From assembly GCA_965197425.1 (NCBI GenBank), contig CBDANC010000015.1, positions 1-64,000 on the forward strand: 64,000 bases of DNA. The letters are read 5' to 3'. Under the pieces are notes generated by a model, which ran no database searches, had not been told where the DNA came from, and saw only the letters and a program-made list of their open reading frames with translations. How positions within the stretch are numbered: the first letter of the stretch is position 1; each line of letters starts with the position of its first letter. A program made the position numbers and the translations under genes. Shown piece after piece: positions 23,532 to 34,148 of this stretch. The stretch comes from Bdellovibrionales bacterium (GTDB lineage Bacteria; Bdellovibrionota; Bdellovibrionia; Bdellovibrionales; JAUICD01).

Positions 23532-24020
23532 TTAGTTGGCGTAGATTATTTTTTTATTTTTACAACTAAGTTTGTGTCCAACTGTTATTTTGTTTTTAGA
23601 AAACCACCCTTGATTTACTTCCAGTGCATACCTTGCAGGTTTTTTACTAATATAGCTTGGAATATTTTTTAAAAGCAGGCTTTGTGGATCCATCTTTTGA
23701 ATGTCTACGATAACACAATTTGAATTTATAAATGCTATGCTTAGTGGAATAAAAGTATTTTTCATCCAAAAAGACAAAGGCTGCTCATTTTCAAAAATAA
23801 AGAGCATTCCATGATCTTTTGCTAAACTTTTTCTATGCATTAAACCGGCGGATCTTTTTTCATCCGTATCAGCAATTTCTACATGTACATTTTTGTCATC
23901 TATCTTTAAAATTCTCGTTGATTTTGCCATAGAATAATTTTTGAACAAAGTCAGCGCCATAATTGTACTGAATATAAATATATTTAATGGTTTTTTTAAA
24001 AAGCATACTTGTAACTTCAA
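23532..24020 (-). CDS. DUF192 family protein
   Basis: GLMHR, GMLFIF, FWMKNTFIPLSIAF and YALEVN motifs. Confidence 0.92.
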   Translation of the reverse strand: MKLQVCFLKKPLNIFIFSTIMALTLFKNYSMAKSTRILKIDDKNVHVEIADTDEKRSAGLMHRKSLAKDHGMLFIFENEQPLSFWMKNTFIPLSIAFINSNCVIVDIQKMDPQSLLLKNIPSYISKKPARYALEVNQGWFSKNKITVGHKLSCKNKKIIYAN

Positions 24021-24040
24021 AACTATACCTTCTACAATCT

Positions 24041-24931
24041 TTATTGTTTTATTTTAAATAACATTTGTGCCGCAAGTGCTAATCTTACGCCACCATAACT
24101 TACTTCAATAGAAGTGATACCAAGGTGTTTTAAAATTTCAATTAAAATCAAATTACCTGTAACAATTATATCTGCTCTTTTTGGATGAAGGGCAAGAGAT
24201 GTTCTGTCAAAGACATTCATTGAAGATATTTTTTTAAAAACAACACTTAGATCATCTAATGACATTTGATTGCCGCTTTGTTTCAAATTAAATTTCTTTT
24301 TTAATCTTAAAAGGGTATTTATGGTTCCTCCAACACCTATTGTTTGTAGAGTTGGGGGATGTTTTACCTCAGATAGCTTATTGTATACTTCAGATGATAT
24401 TTTTTTGATCTCGTCAGATGCTATGGGATCATGTGATACATATTTTTCTTTAAATCTTAAAGCTCCCATATTTAAACTGTACGAGTAAATATTATGTAGA
24501 TTGTCTTGCCATGCGATTTCTGTAGATCCTCCTCCTATGTCTATCACCATGTATGCATCCTGAGGCTTATCGTACACAGCGCCTTTATATGAGAGGGCTC
24601 CTTCTTGCTTTCCTGATATTATAGAAACGTCCATGTTATAAGAATTTATAAGTTCTATAAATTCATCTAAATTTTTAGACTCTCTAGCAGCGCTTGTAGC
24701 CACTGCCTTAATTCTTGTTGCTTTATGTTTTTTTATTTTTCGACTAAAAAAATTTAAAACCCCATCCGCTTTTTTTAGAGAATCTTTACTAATTAAACCT
24801 GTTTTTTCTATATCCTGACCAATTCTCACTATTTTAGAATCATCAAATAAAATTTTTAACCTTTCATCTTCTAAAGTAGCTATCATGCATTTAAAAGAAT
24901 TTGTTCCTAAATCTATTGAAGCAACAATCAT
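24041..24931 (-). CDS. ppx: Ppx/GppA family phosphatase
   Basis: IDLGTNS, ATSAARE and DIGGGSTE motifs. Confidence 0.9.
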   Translation of the reverse strand: MIVASIDLGTNSFKCMIATLEDERLKILFDDSKIVRIGQDIEKTGLISKDSLKKADGVLNFFSRKIKKHKATRIKAVATSAARESKNLDEFIELINSYNMDVSIISGKQEGALSYKGAVYDKPQDAYMVIDIGGGSTEIAWQDNLHNIYSYSLNMGALRFKEKYVSHDPIASDEIKKISSEVYNKLSEVKHPPTLQTIGVGGTINTLLRLKKKFNLKQSGNQMSLDDLSVVFKKISSMNVFDRTSLALHPKRADIIVTGNLILIEILKHLGITSIEVSYGGVRLALAAQMLFKIKQ

Positions 24932-26298
24932 TTAGTTTTTAAACTCTCTATTAGTTCAACAACCACACCTGGATTGGCAGAGCCTTTGGTCTTCTGCATT
25001 ACCTTTCCTACAAAAAATTCTCTTACCTTATCTTTACCATTTATATATTCATCCCACTGAGATTTGTTTTCAATTATTAGGCTTTTTAAAATTTCTGAAA
25101 TCTTCCCTTTATCTGAGAGCTGCTTTTTTTCTCTAACTAATTTTTCTAGGTCTTGGCCTTCTAACACACTCTCAAAAATAATCTTGGCAGATCTTATCGA
25201 AATTTCTTTCTTATTTACATATCCTATTAGTTTTTTTAATTTATTTATTTTAGACAAACGATCATCTCTCTTGGCAACAGTACACAAAAGATCCGTTGCC
25301 CAACTTATATTTTTAAAATTTCTAAAAAGATTTAATATACTATCTGCTAATTCTGGGGTTTTGGTCATCCCAATAGCATCATCTGTCGATGTATATTTTA
25401 AGAACTCTTCAATTTTATCTACCTGTGGCTCCGGTACAACTATATTCAAATCATCTTCAGAAAGTTTTATTGGGATCAAATCTGGATCAGGAAAATATCT
25501 GTAATCCTCTGAGTCTTCCTTTGTTCTCATAGATATAGTTTTATCAGCAGCACTATCATATAACCTGGTTTCTTGCACTATCTCACCTTTTCTATCTATT
25601 ATGCTAGATTGTCTGGCTATTTCATACTCAAGAGCCTTGTCTATAAATCTGAAAGAGTTTAGATTTTTTAGTTCAACTTTGACACCTAAAGAATTGTCTT
25701 CATTTCTGATGCTAACGTTTAGATCAAATCTTAAAGATCCTTCCTCTAAATTGCCATCACAAATACCTAAATATACAACTAGATCCCTTATTGCTTTTGC
25801 ATAACTTGCAGCTTTGCTTGGAGAAGAAATTTCTGGTTCAGATACTATTTCTAATAAAGGTATTCCTGCCCGGTTAAAGTTTAATAAACTGAATTCTTTT
25901 AAATGCACTAATTTTCCTGCATCTTCTTCTATATGAATTCTTGTTATGTTTATTTTGTGAAGCTCTTTGGCATAATATTTTACCATCCCATTTTTTAAAA
26001 TGGGTAATTTATATTGAGAAATCTGATAGCCTTTGGGTAAATCCGGATAGAAATAATTTTTTCTTTCAAACACAGATTTTCGATTAATTTTACAATTTAA
26101 AGTTTTTCCCAATAAAATTGCTTTTTGTATCACAGCTTTGTTTATAGAAGGCAAACTGCCAGGAAGGCCCAGGCAAATGGGGCATGTGTTTTGATTATCC
26201 AGATCATCAAACTTAGTAGAGCAACCACAAAAAAGCTTTGTTGTTGTATTTAACTGAACATGAACCTCTATACCTATTGCAGCTTGGTAATGTGACAT
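24928..26298 (-). CDS. gatB: Asp/Glu-tRNA amidotransferase subunit B
   Basis: IGIEVHVQL, YFYPDLPKGYQISQ and DYRYFPDPDL motifs. Confidence 0.97.
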   Translation of the reverse strand: MSHYQAAIGIEVHVQLNTTTKLFCGCSTKFDDLDNQNTCPICLGLPGSLPSINKAVIQKAILLGKTLNCKINRKSVFERKNYFYPDLPKGYQISQYKLPILKNGMVKYYAKELHKINITRIHIEEDAGKLVHLKEFSLLNFNRAGIPLLEIVSEPEISSPSKAASYAKAIRDLVVYLGICDGNLEEGSLRFDLNVSIRNEDNSLGVKVELKNLNSFRFIDKALEYEIARQSSIIDRKGEIVQETRLYDSAADKTISMRTKEDSEDYRYFPDPDLIPIKLSEDDLNIVVPEPQVDKIEEFLKYTSTDDAIGMTKTPELADSILNLFRNFKNISWATDLLCTVAKRDDRLSKINKLKKLIGYVNKKEISIRSAKIIFESVLEGQDLEKLVREKKQLSDKGKISEILKSLIIENKSQWDEYINGKDKVREFFVGKVMQKTKGSANPGVVVELIESLKTK

Positions 26299-27674
26299 GC
26301 GTCCTCTATCGCCTTAGCAAAATTAAACAAAGTTTGTTCATCAAAATGGCGGGCCATTAATTGTACTCCAATAGGAAGGTTGTCTTTAGATAACTTCACA
26401 GGAAGACTAATACTTGGAATACCAGCAAGGTTAGAGGGTACGGTATAATAGTCATTCCAATAACGCTCCAACTTATCTTTTATAGCACCGTGTTTAAATG
26501 CCAATCCTGCTGTTACCGGAGATAAGATCACATCGCACTTGTTAAAACTTTTTTCAAAGTCGGTTTTTATAAGATTTCTCACCTTACATGCTCTTGAATA
26601 ATACTCATCGTAATATCCAGATGAGAGTGCCAATGAACCCATCAAAATTCTAAGCTTTACCTCTTTGCCAAATCCATTGCTTCTTGTGTTTTCAATAAAT
26701 TCCATAGAATTATCAAATCTAGAACCAAACTTCACCCCATCATAACGAGCTAAATTACTACTAGCTTCACTAGAACAGATTAAGTAGTAAGTAGAAATGG
26801 CATATTTTATGTGTTCTAACTTGATGTTTGTAAATTTACAGCCTAAGTTTTTTAAAATGTTTTTTACATCATCCAAGGCTGATTTTACCTCTGGGTGAAT
26901 ATCGCTTGCCTCTAACAAGCCTACTCTAAGACCTTTTATATTTGTGTCTATATTTTCATCCCAATTTGGGACAGAGACATTGGCAGTGGTGGAATCCTTG
27001 GAATCGTGACCACTTATAAATTTGGCAATTAAAGCTGTGTCTGTTACATTGTTTGTAATGGGCCCTGCCTGATCAAGGCTAGATGCAAAAGCTATAACAC
27101 CATACCTGCTAACTCTACCATAAGTTGGTTTTAACCCTACAACCCCACAGAAACTTGAAGGTTGTCTTATAGAGCCACCAGTATCAGTTCCAATAGATCC
27201 ATAGACAAATCCACTTGCAACACTTGCACAACTCCCACCACTTGAACCGCCAGCCACATGGTCTCTGTTCCATGGATTAAAGACACTTCCAAAACAAGAA
27301 GTTTCGTTACTAGAACCCATTGCAAACTCATCACAATTGTTTTTGCCCACGATAATAGCTCCAGCAGACTTTAGCCTTTCAACCAATGTGGCAGAATAAG
27401 GAGCAATAAAATTCTTCAGCAAATTTGAACAAGCAGTAGTGGGCATTCCTTTTACACAAATCATATCTTTTACAGATATAGGAACGCCTAATAATTCTAA
27501 GTTGTTATCTAAATTTAGATTGTGAGCCTCTTTTAGTGCATCATAAGATATATGTACAAGTGAATTTATATCTTTATCTTTTTTGCCTATCTTATCTAAG
27601 GAAGACTCTATGACTTCAACAGGGGTTATGGTTTTATTTTTAATTGATTGTACTAACTGTTTTATTGATCTCAT
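26274..27674 (-). CDS. gatA: Asp/Glu-tRNA amidotransferase subunit A
   Basis: Amidase signature GGSSGGS, GTDTGGSIRQP and SSNLARYDG. Confidence 0.97.
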   Translation of the reverse strand: MRSIKQLVQSIKNKTITPVEVIESSLDKIGKKDKDINSLVHISYDALKEAHNLNLDNNLELLGVPISVKDMICVKGMPTTACSNLLKNFIAPYSATLVERLKSAGAIIVGKNNCDEFAMGSSNETSCFGSVFNPWNRDHVAGGSSGGSCASVASGFVYGSIGTDTGGSIRQPSSFCGVVGLKPTYGRVSRYGVIAFASSLDQAGPITNNVTDTALIAKFISGHDSKDSTTANVSVPNWDENIDTNIKGLRVGLLEASDIHPEVKSALDDVKNILKNLGCKFTNIKLEHIKYAISTYYLICSSEASSNLARYDGVKFGSRFDNSMEFIENTRSNGFGKEVKLRILMGSLALSSGYYDEYYSRACKVRNLIKTDFEKSFNKCDVILSPVTAGLAFKHGAIKDKLERYWNDYYTVPSNLAGIPSISLPVKLSKDNLPIGVQLMARHFDEQTLFNFAKAIEDACHITKLQ

Positions 27675-27934
27675 AATTTGAAAGGTACTTTAAAACTTCT
27701 TCCAGCTAATTGCGGGGCATTTTCAAAAAAACCATCTCTATCTGGCATATCTACTATAATATCTTCTCTATATTTATCTAATACTTCTATAGGGGTGGAA
27801 GTAGGCTCTATACCCTTAGTATCTACCTCTTCTATTTGCTTAAAAGCATCCAAAATCAAATAAAGTTCTTTTTTGTTAGAAAGAATATCTTCTTTTTTAA
27901 GCCTTGTTAATTTAGCTAGTTTTTCTACATCCAT
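27671..27934 (-). CDS. gatC: Asp/Glu-tRNA amidotransferase subunit C
   Basis: KLAKLTRL, VDTKGIEPT and NAP...FKVP; upstream of gatA. Start moved to ATG 27934 to avoid overlap with ligA. Confidence 0.85.
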   Translation of the reverse strand: MDVEKLAKLTRLKKEDILSNKKELYLILDAFKQIEEVDTKGIEPTSTPIEVLDKYREDIIVDMPDRDGFFENAPQLAGRSFKVPFKL

Positions 27935-28011
27935 AGTTGCCTTATACCTAACCTTTTTGACCTCTGTAAAGCCTTGTGTTTTTTTAATGAGATTGATACT
28001 GTACCATTCTA

Positions 28012-30042
28012 GTGAACTCATTTAAAAGCGATATTAGAAAAACCATCAACAAACTTGCGTTAGAAATAAATCAACATGACTATCACTACTATGCCCTAGA
28101 TAACCCAACTATAAGTGACCTTGAATACGATAAAAAATATGCAAAATTACTAAGACTGGAAAAAAAACATCATTATATCCCTCAAAACTCACCAACACAG
28201 AGAGTCTCAGGGTTTGTTTCAAAGGGCTTTGAAAAAACCTCACATCGTATACCTATGCTGTCTATCCAAAACTGTTTTTCAGATGATGAAATTAAGGCAT
28301 TTGATGCCAGGGTACAAAAATTCTTAGATTCAAAACTTAGAAATACACTAGAGTATTTCTGTCAGCCCAAACTAGATGGGCTGGCTATGGAACTAGTATA
28401 TGAAAACGGAATACTCTCAAATGCCATAACAAGGGGGGATGGTGTCATAGGGGAAAATGTGACAGCAAACATAAAAACCATAAAATGCATACCACTTGAA
28501 ATTAATAACGCTCCTAAACTTCTGGAAATAAGAGGAGAAGTTATTATGAAAAAAAATGAATTTGAAAGTTTAAATCAAAGACAACAAGGAGAAGGACTTG
28601 GTGTTTTTTCTACTCCAAGAAATGCTGCAGCAGGTTCTGTAAGACAACTCAACTCTTCTATAACAGCTCAAAGAAAACTATTTTTTTATGCATATGCTTG
28701 TGGAGCTATGGAAGGTACCTCATTCAAAACCCACAAACAAATGGAAGACGCCTTAAGAAACTTTGGAATACCAACAATATCTACAAGAAAAAATCTAAAA
28801 GCCAAATCTATAAATAACCTGTCGTACATAGCTAGATCACTTAAAGATGCCATTGATTATAGAAATTTTATTTATAATATCAGACCAAAATTGAAGTTTG
28901 ATGTCGATGGCATAGTTATGAAAGTAAATAGATTAGACTTACGAAAGAAAATCGGCGTTACAGCTAAATATCCAAGGTGGGCATGTGCAGCTAAGTTTAA
29001 AGCAGAAGAGGGAGAAACAAAAATTGTAGACATTAAAATTCAAGTTGGGAGAACCGGAGCGTTAACTCCAGTAGCAACACTTGAACCAGTAAAGGTTGCA
29101 GGAGTTTCAATTACTCATGCATCTTTGCATAATCAAAATGAAATAGATAAAAAAGATATACGAATATCTGATACAGTAAAGATTCAAAGAGCTGGAGATG
29201 TGATTCCATATATCACAGGTGTTAATTTTGTAAAAAGAAAAAAAGGTGCGGCTAAATACACAATACCAGATAAATGCCCTACCTGTAAAAGTGCAGTAGA
29301 TAAATCTGAATCTGCGTCCAGATGTATAAATCCAAATTGCAAATCCCAAATAAAAGAAAAACTAAAACACTTTGTGTCCAGAAAAGCTATGAATATTGAC
29401 AACCTTGGAGACAAACTAATAGATAAACTTTTTTATGCAAACCTAGTAAAAAAATATTCTGATTTTTATAAACTAACCAAAGAAAATATTCTATCCCTAA
29501 AAGGATACAAAGAAAAATCTGCAAATAATGTTATAGTTAGTATCAAAAAAACAACAACACAAAAAATGGACAGATTTATATACGCTCTAGGAATAAGACA
29601 TGTTGGAGAAAATACAGCAAAATTAATAGCTAAATATTTTAAAAACATAAATGCTCTAATAAATGCTAAGGAAGAGGATTTTTTTAACATAGATGGAATA
29701 GGTGAAAAAACCAGACTTGCTACGGTTCAATACTTGTTGGAAGGAGGAAAAGAAGAAATAAAAGAACTTTTAAGTGTAATAAAACTTGCTTATAGTAAAA
29801 CTTCTGTTAGCAATAAAGCAGTGGTTTTAACTGGCAAGTTACAAAGAACTAAACAAAAAATAAAAGAAATACTAGAAAATTTTGGATACAACACTTCAAA
29901 CTCTGTCTCTAAAAACACAGACTTTGTTTTATATGGAGAAAAACCAGGATCAAAATTAAACAAAGCAAAAGAACTTAATATAAAAACAATAGATGAAGCC
30001 TCCATAGACTGGGATAACTTCAGTGACTTAGATAAAATATAA
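28012..30042 (+). CDS. ligA: NAD-dependent DNA ligase
   Basis: KLDG adenylation motif, EIRGE, PRNAAAGS, Zn finger and BRCT domain. Confidence 0.97.
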   Translation: MNSFKSDIRKTINKLALEINQHDYHYYALDNPTISDLEYDKKYAKLLRLEKKHHYIPQNSPTQRVSGFVSKGFEKTSHRIPMLSIQNCFSDDEIKAFDARVQKFLDSKLRNTLEYFCQPKLDGLAMELVYENGILSNAITRGDGVIGENVTANIKTIKCIPLEINNAPKLLEIRGEVIMKKNEFESLNQRQQGEGLGVFSTPRNAAAGSVRQLNSSITAQRKLFFYAYACGAMEGTSFKTHKQMEDALRNFGIPTISTRKNLKAKSINNLSYIARSLKDAIDYRNFIYNIRPKLKFDVDGIVMKVNRLDLRKKIGVTAKYPRWACAAKFKAEEGETKIVDIKIQVGRTGALTPVATLEPVKVAGVSITHASLHNQNEIDKKDIRISDTVKIQRAGDVIPYITGVNFVKRKKGAAKYTIPDKCPTCKSAVDKSESASRCINPNCKSQIKEKLKHFVSRKAMNIDNLGDKLIDKLFYANLVKKYSDFYKLTKENILSLKGYKEKSANNVIVSIKKTTTQKMDRFIYALGIRHVGENTAKLIAKYFKNINALINAKEEDFFNIDGIGEKTRLATVQYLLEGGKEEIKELLSVIKLAYSKTSVSNKAVVLTGKLQRTKQKIKEILENFGYNTSNSVSKNTDFVLYGEKPGSKLNKAKELNIKTIDEASIDWDNFSDLDKI

Positions 30043-30132
30043 AAGTTTTAACTTGAAAACAAAAAAATTACTGTGAGTGTTTTATCAAAAATTTGATTAT
30101 ATCAATAGTGCCCAGTAAATTTAATGGTATAT

Positions 30133-30606
30133 CTAACTATTATTAGTCACCAGATGTGCAGTTATTTTAGCTTCAGAAACTTTTATATCTTCTTCTTTAA
30201 AAATGCTTGTATTAAAAACAAACATACTCGACTTTGATCTATATACTCTAGCTTCTATTTTTAATACATCCCCTGGAGTTACAGGGCTTCTAAACTTTGC
30301 ACCATCAACCCCTGTTATAAGTGTTGTGCTGGTATCCGATGAGTTTGGTTTTAAAACCAAAAGTGCAGCAGCTTGGGCCATCGCTTCAATCTGCAAAACC
30401 CCAGGCATTATAGGTTTGTTAGGGAAATGACCTACAAAAAAAGGTTCATTAACAGTAATATTTTTTCTTGCTATTAGGTAAGCATCATCCCATTTGGATA
30501 AATTTTTATGCCTCACCCTCTTTAAAACCCTGTCTATCAGCAAAAAAGGATACCTATGAGGCAGTATTTTTAAAATTTCATCTATTGATAGACTGTCTTC
30601 AACCAT
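30133..30606 (-). CDS. fabZ: 3-hydroxyacyl-ACP dehydratase
   Basis: LPHRYPFLLID and GHFP...PGVLQIEAMAQ; start taken at ATG 30606. Confidence 0.95.
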   Translation of the reverse strand: MVEDSLSIDEILKILPHRYPFLLIDRVLKRVRHKNLSKWDDAYLIARKNITVNEPFFVGHFPNKPIMPGVLQIEAMAQAAALLVLKPNSSDTSTTLITGVDGAKFRSPVTPGDVLKIEARVYRSKSSMFVFNTSIFKEEDIKVSEAKITAHLVTNNS

Positions 30607-30608
30607 TT

Positions 30609-31124
30609 CTACTTTTTGCCATCTGATTTTGTACCATCTACTTCTTTCATAATTTGATCCGTCAAATCCAAAGAAGGTTTTCCCCATAACAAAGACATTT
30701 CATTTTTCTGTAAAATCAAATCATAACCATTTGCAGTGCCAACCTTGCTTGCAACACTTAGTATTTTAGTCAAAATAGGTTTAGTTAATTCCTGCTCTTT
30801 TTTCTGGATACTTAGCTGGCTCTCGGCTACTTTTTGTTGAAAAGCCACAAATTTTCTTTGCAACTCTGTTTGCTGCTTTACAAAAACATCCTTCGATAAA
30901 ACAGCTTCTTTTCTCTTCAAGTCCTCGCTTTGCTTTTTTAAATCAGACTCAGTTTTGCCTATTTCCCTCTTTATTTTATCTATTTCAGACTCCAACTGTT
31001 TCTTTGCAGCCATACCAACCTTGGTTTGCTGTAATGCTTTCTGCACATCAACATAACCTATCTTCAACTCAGCCCGTAAAGGGGCTGCAATCAACATCAA
31101 AGAAATGATTAAAAATATACGCAT
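30609..31124 (-). CDS. skp: OmpH/Skp chaperone
   Basis: Signal peptide, KIGYVD, coiled coil and DLTD; follows bamA. Confidence 0.92.
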   Translation of the reverse strand: MRIFLIISLMLIAAPLRAELKIGYVDVQKALQQTKVGMAAKKQLESEIDKIKREIGKTESDLKKQSEDLKRKEAVLSKDVFVKQQTELQRKFVAFQQKVAESQLSIQKKEQELTKPILTKILSVASKVGTANGYDLILQKNEMSLLWGKPSLDLTDQIMKEVDGTKSDGKK

Positions 31125-31144
31125 CTTTCCTCCTAAAAATTTTT

Positions 31145-33447
31145 TTAAAACGGTGCTCCTAAAGAAAATTGAAACATCGAACCCTCCATTTCACATTCTC
31201 CGTCTGAAGATTCCCTTTTTATACATTTTCTATTTACAGGAAATCCCCACTCAAATCTCAAAGGACCCATAGGGGAAAACCATCTAAATCCAACTCCAAA
31301 ATTAGCCCTAAGCTTGCTTAGTTCTAATACATCTTCTGCCATACCAATATCATAAAATACCACTCCAAAAATTTTAGTAGCATCTACCAGAGGAAACTGC
31401 AACTCCAGATTATAATATGCCTGCTTTGTACCACCCTTTACTACTTCTACTACTTCCTCTCCTGTACTACTTGTAACAGTTCTTCCTATATCAAACCACC
31501 CAAAACCACGCAATGTATTTACTCCGCCAAGCCTGTACAAATCGTTAAAAGGAATCTCTCGTTCACCATAGGGAAACAACATAGAATATGTAAAATTATT
31601 TCTTACAACCAATTCACGCCATATAGGTTTATAAAATCTTGCGTTAAACTCAGTTTCTACAAATCTTTTATCTCCCCCGAGGCCCGCTATCTCTGCAGAA
31701 ACACTTGCAAGGAAACCATCACTCGGCATCCATCTATCATTTCTTTTGTCATAGTCTAAAGAAAATGTCATGGAACTTAAAATGCCTTCTGCAGAATCTA
31801 CATTAAAAACATCACTTCTAAAATCATCGCGGGATTCAATTGATGTATTTTCATATAGATATTTTATAAATCCATACAGGTAAGGAGCTACGGGATGGCC
31901 TAATCTAACAGCTCCACCCTTTCTAAAATCTCTGTACTGCTCCTGAACTATATAGTTTGTACTATAAACATCTAAGCCCGCAGTCCATCTAGTATCTAAA
32001 AAATATGGATCAGTAAAACTTAAAGTATAAAATTTCTCTTGTCCAGATAAATTAGTACTTAAACCTAATGTTTGACCTCTTCCAAGTAAATTTGTTTTTT
32101 CAATTCTTCCATTAAAAATAAAACCACTATAAGAACCATAACCAGCACCAACTTGAATGCTACCAGTGCTTCTTTCTTCAACCGATATATCATAATTAAC
32201 TGTATTTGGACTTTCAGCATCCACTTTTTGTTGAAAAGTTACATTCTCAAAAAATCCAAGTCTTCTAATATCATTCAGAGACTTTCTTTTATTAGTCTCA
32301 TTATATAGTTCTCCTTCAATTATACTCATCTCTCTTCTTATAACTTTATCCCTAGTGCTATGATTTCCTACAATATCAAACTTTCCAAAGTAAACTTTTT
32401 CACCTGTATCTATTGAAAAATCTAAATCAACTACCTTGTTTTCTCGATCTAACTTAGTATTTGGTATGATGTTTACAAATGCATAACCCAAATCACCATA
32501 CATTGCCTGCAATCTCTCTAGGTCACTTTGTAAAACATCGTAGGCAAAGACAGATCCATTGGATGTTTTTATTTTTTGTAAATGCTCATCTGCTGTGAAT
32601 AATAAATCTCCACTAAAGCCGATTTGTCCGACAGTATGTTGATCTCCTTCCTCAATCTCTATGTTAATAATTATATCCCGTTTGTTAGGAGAAATAAAAA
32701 TTTGAGATCCAACAACCTTTGCATTAATATATCCTTCATTTAGATATAAATATTTTATTACCTGAAGATCTCTTTCAAAACCCACCTCACTATACCGACC
32801 ACCGCCAGAGAAGAAGCTAAAAAAAGTCTTCTCTTTGTTCACCAAAGCTGACTTTAATGCTTCATCAGTTATAGCTGTATTTCCCTGTATATTTATTTTC
32901 TTTATTTTTACTTTTTGATTTTCATTTATTTTAAAAACTAGTCTGACTCGTTTACTGTCTTTATTATTCTGATTGTTTTCCTCTTTGATCTCATAAATTA
33001 CATTGGCTAGAAAAAAACCTTAGACTCATACAAGTCAGTAATACTATTTATAGAAGTGTTTACCTTGGCAACATCTAAAAAATCATCTTGTTTAAAATCT
33101 AAAGCTTCAAACAGTTCATCAGACTTTATTTTTTTATTTTTTTCGAAAACTATTTCAGATATTGAAGGTCTTTCTTCCACTACATATCTTAAAACATCGT
33201 TTTCTCTGTAGATCTCTATGTCATAAAAATGCCCCATTTCAAAAATTCTTTCTAAGTCTTTTAAAACTTGATCTTTTGAATAAGGTTTGCCGGAAGAACT
33301 TTCAATTTTATCAAGTATTGCTTCTGTACCTATTTTTTTATTGCCCTCAACAACGATGTCTTTAATGAGAGCGGCATAGGAAATTTTATGCATCATAAAA
33401 AGCAACAAAAAAAACACTCTAAATATAGAAGATCTCAAGGCAAGCAT
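31145..33447 (-). CDS. bamA: Outer-membrane assembly factor BamA, split by one frameshift at ~33011-33019
   Basis: POTRA repeats, LGGVNTLRGF and WFSPMGPLRF. The second frame is open from ~33015 (FLANVIYEIKE...) into ORF 31145..32845. Confidence 0.95.
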
Positions 33448-33479
33448 CCAAGCGGTTCTAGCATAGTTTCATAAAACAA

Positions 33480-34148
33480 TCAAACTAACCATTTGCCGTC
33501 CTTCATATTTAAAACCCTTGGAAACATCTTAGAAAAACCCAAGTCATGTGTGACAACAACTAATGTTATACCCATCTTACTATTTAACTCCAATAACATA
33601 TTTTTTATAATTTCTTCATTTCTACTATCTAAATTTCCTGTAGGTTCATCAGAAAACAAAATATCAGGACTTTGCATCAATGCCCTGGCTATAGCAACTC
33701 TCTGTTGCTCCCCACCGCTTAACTCCTTTGGAAGATGGTTTTTTCTGTGATCAAGCCCCAACGATTCTAAAAGCTCCATAGCCCTGTCCTTAATATTAAA
33801 CTCATTTGCAATTTGCGCCGGTAACATTACATTCTCAAGAGCTGTGAACTCTTTTAATAAATGGTAAGCTTGAAATACAAATCCTACAGTTTTATTTCTG
33901 AACCTCGCAAGTTTCTCGGAATCAAAACTATATACATCCTCCCCATCATATAGCACCTTACCGTTAGTCGGTTTATCTAATGTTCCTAAAATGTGAAGCA
34001 AGGTACTTTTTCCAGCTCCAGAAGAGCCCATAATACAAAGAGCCTCTTTCTTATAAATCTTTAGACATATTTCGTGTAATACTCTTACTGTTTTGATATT
34101 AGTTGTGTAAGTTTTAGAAACGCTTACAGCCTCTAATAAAGCACTCAT
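33480..34148 (-). CDS. lolD: Lipoprotein-release ABC ATPase
   Basis: GSSGAGKS, LSGGEQQRVAIARAL and DEPTGNLD motifs. Confidence 0.9.
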   Translation of the reverse strand: MSALLEAVSVSKTYTTNIKTVRVLHEICLKIYKKEALCIMGSSGAGKSTLLHILGTLDKPTNGKVLYDGEDVYSFDSEKLARFRNKTVGFVFQAYHLLKEFTALENVMLPAQIANEFNIKDRAMELLESLGLDHRKNHLPKELSGGEQQRVAIARALMQSPDILFSDEPTGNLDSRNEEIIKNMLLELNSKMGITLVVVTHDLGFSKMFPRVLNMKDGKWLV

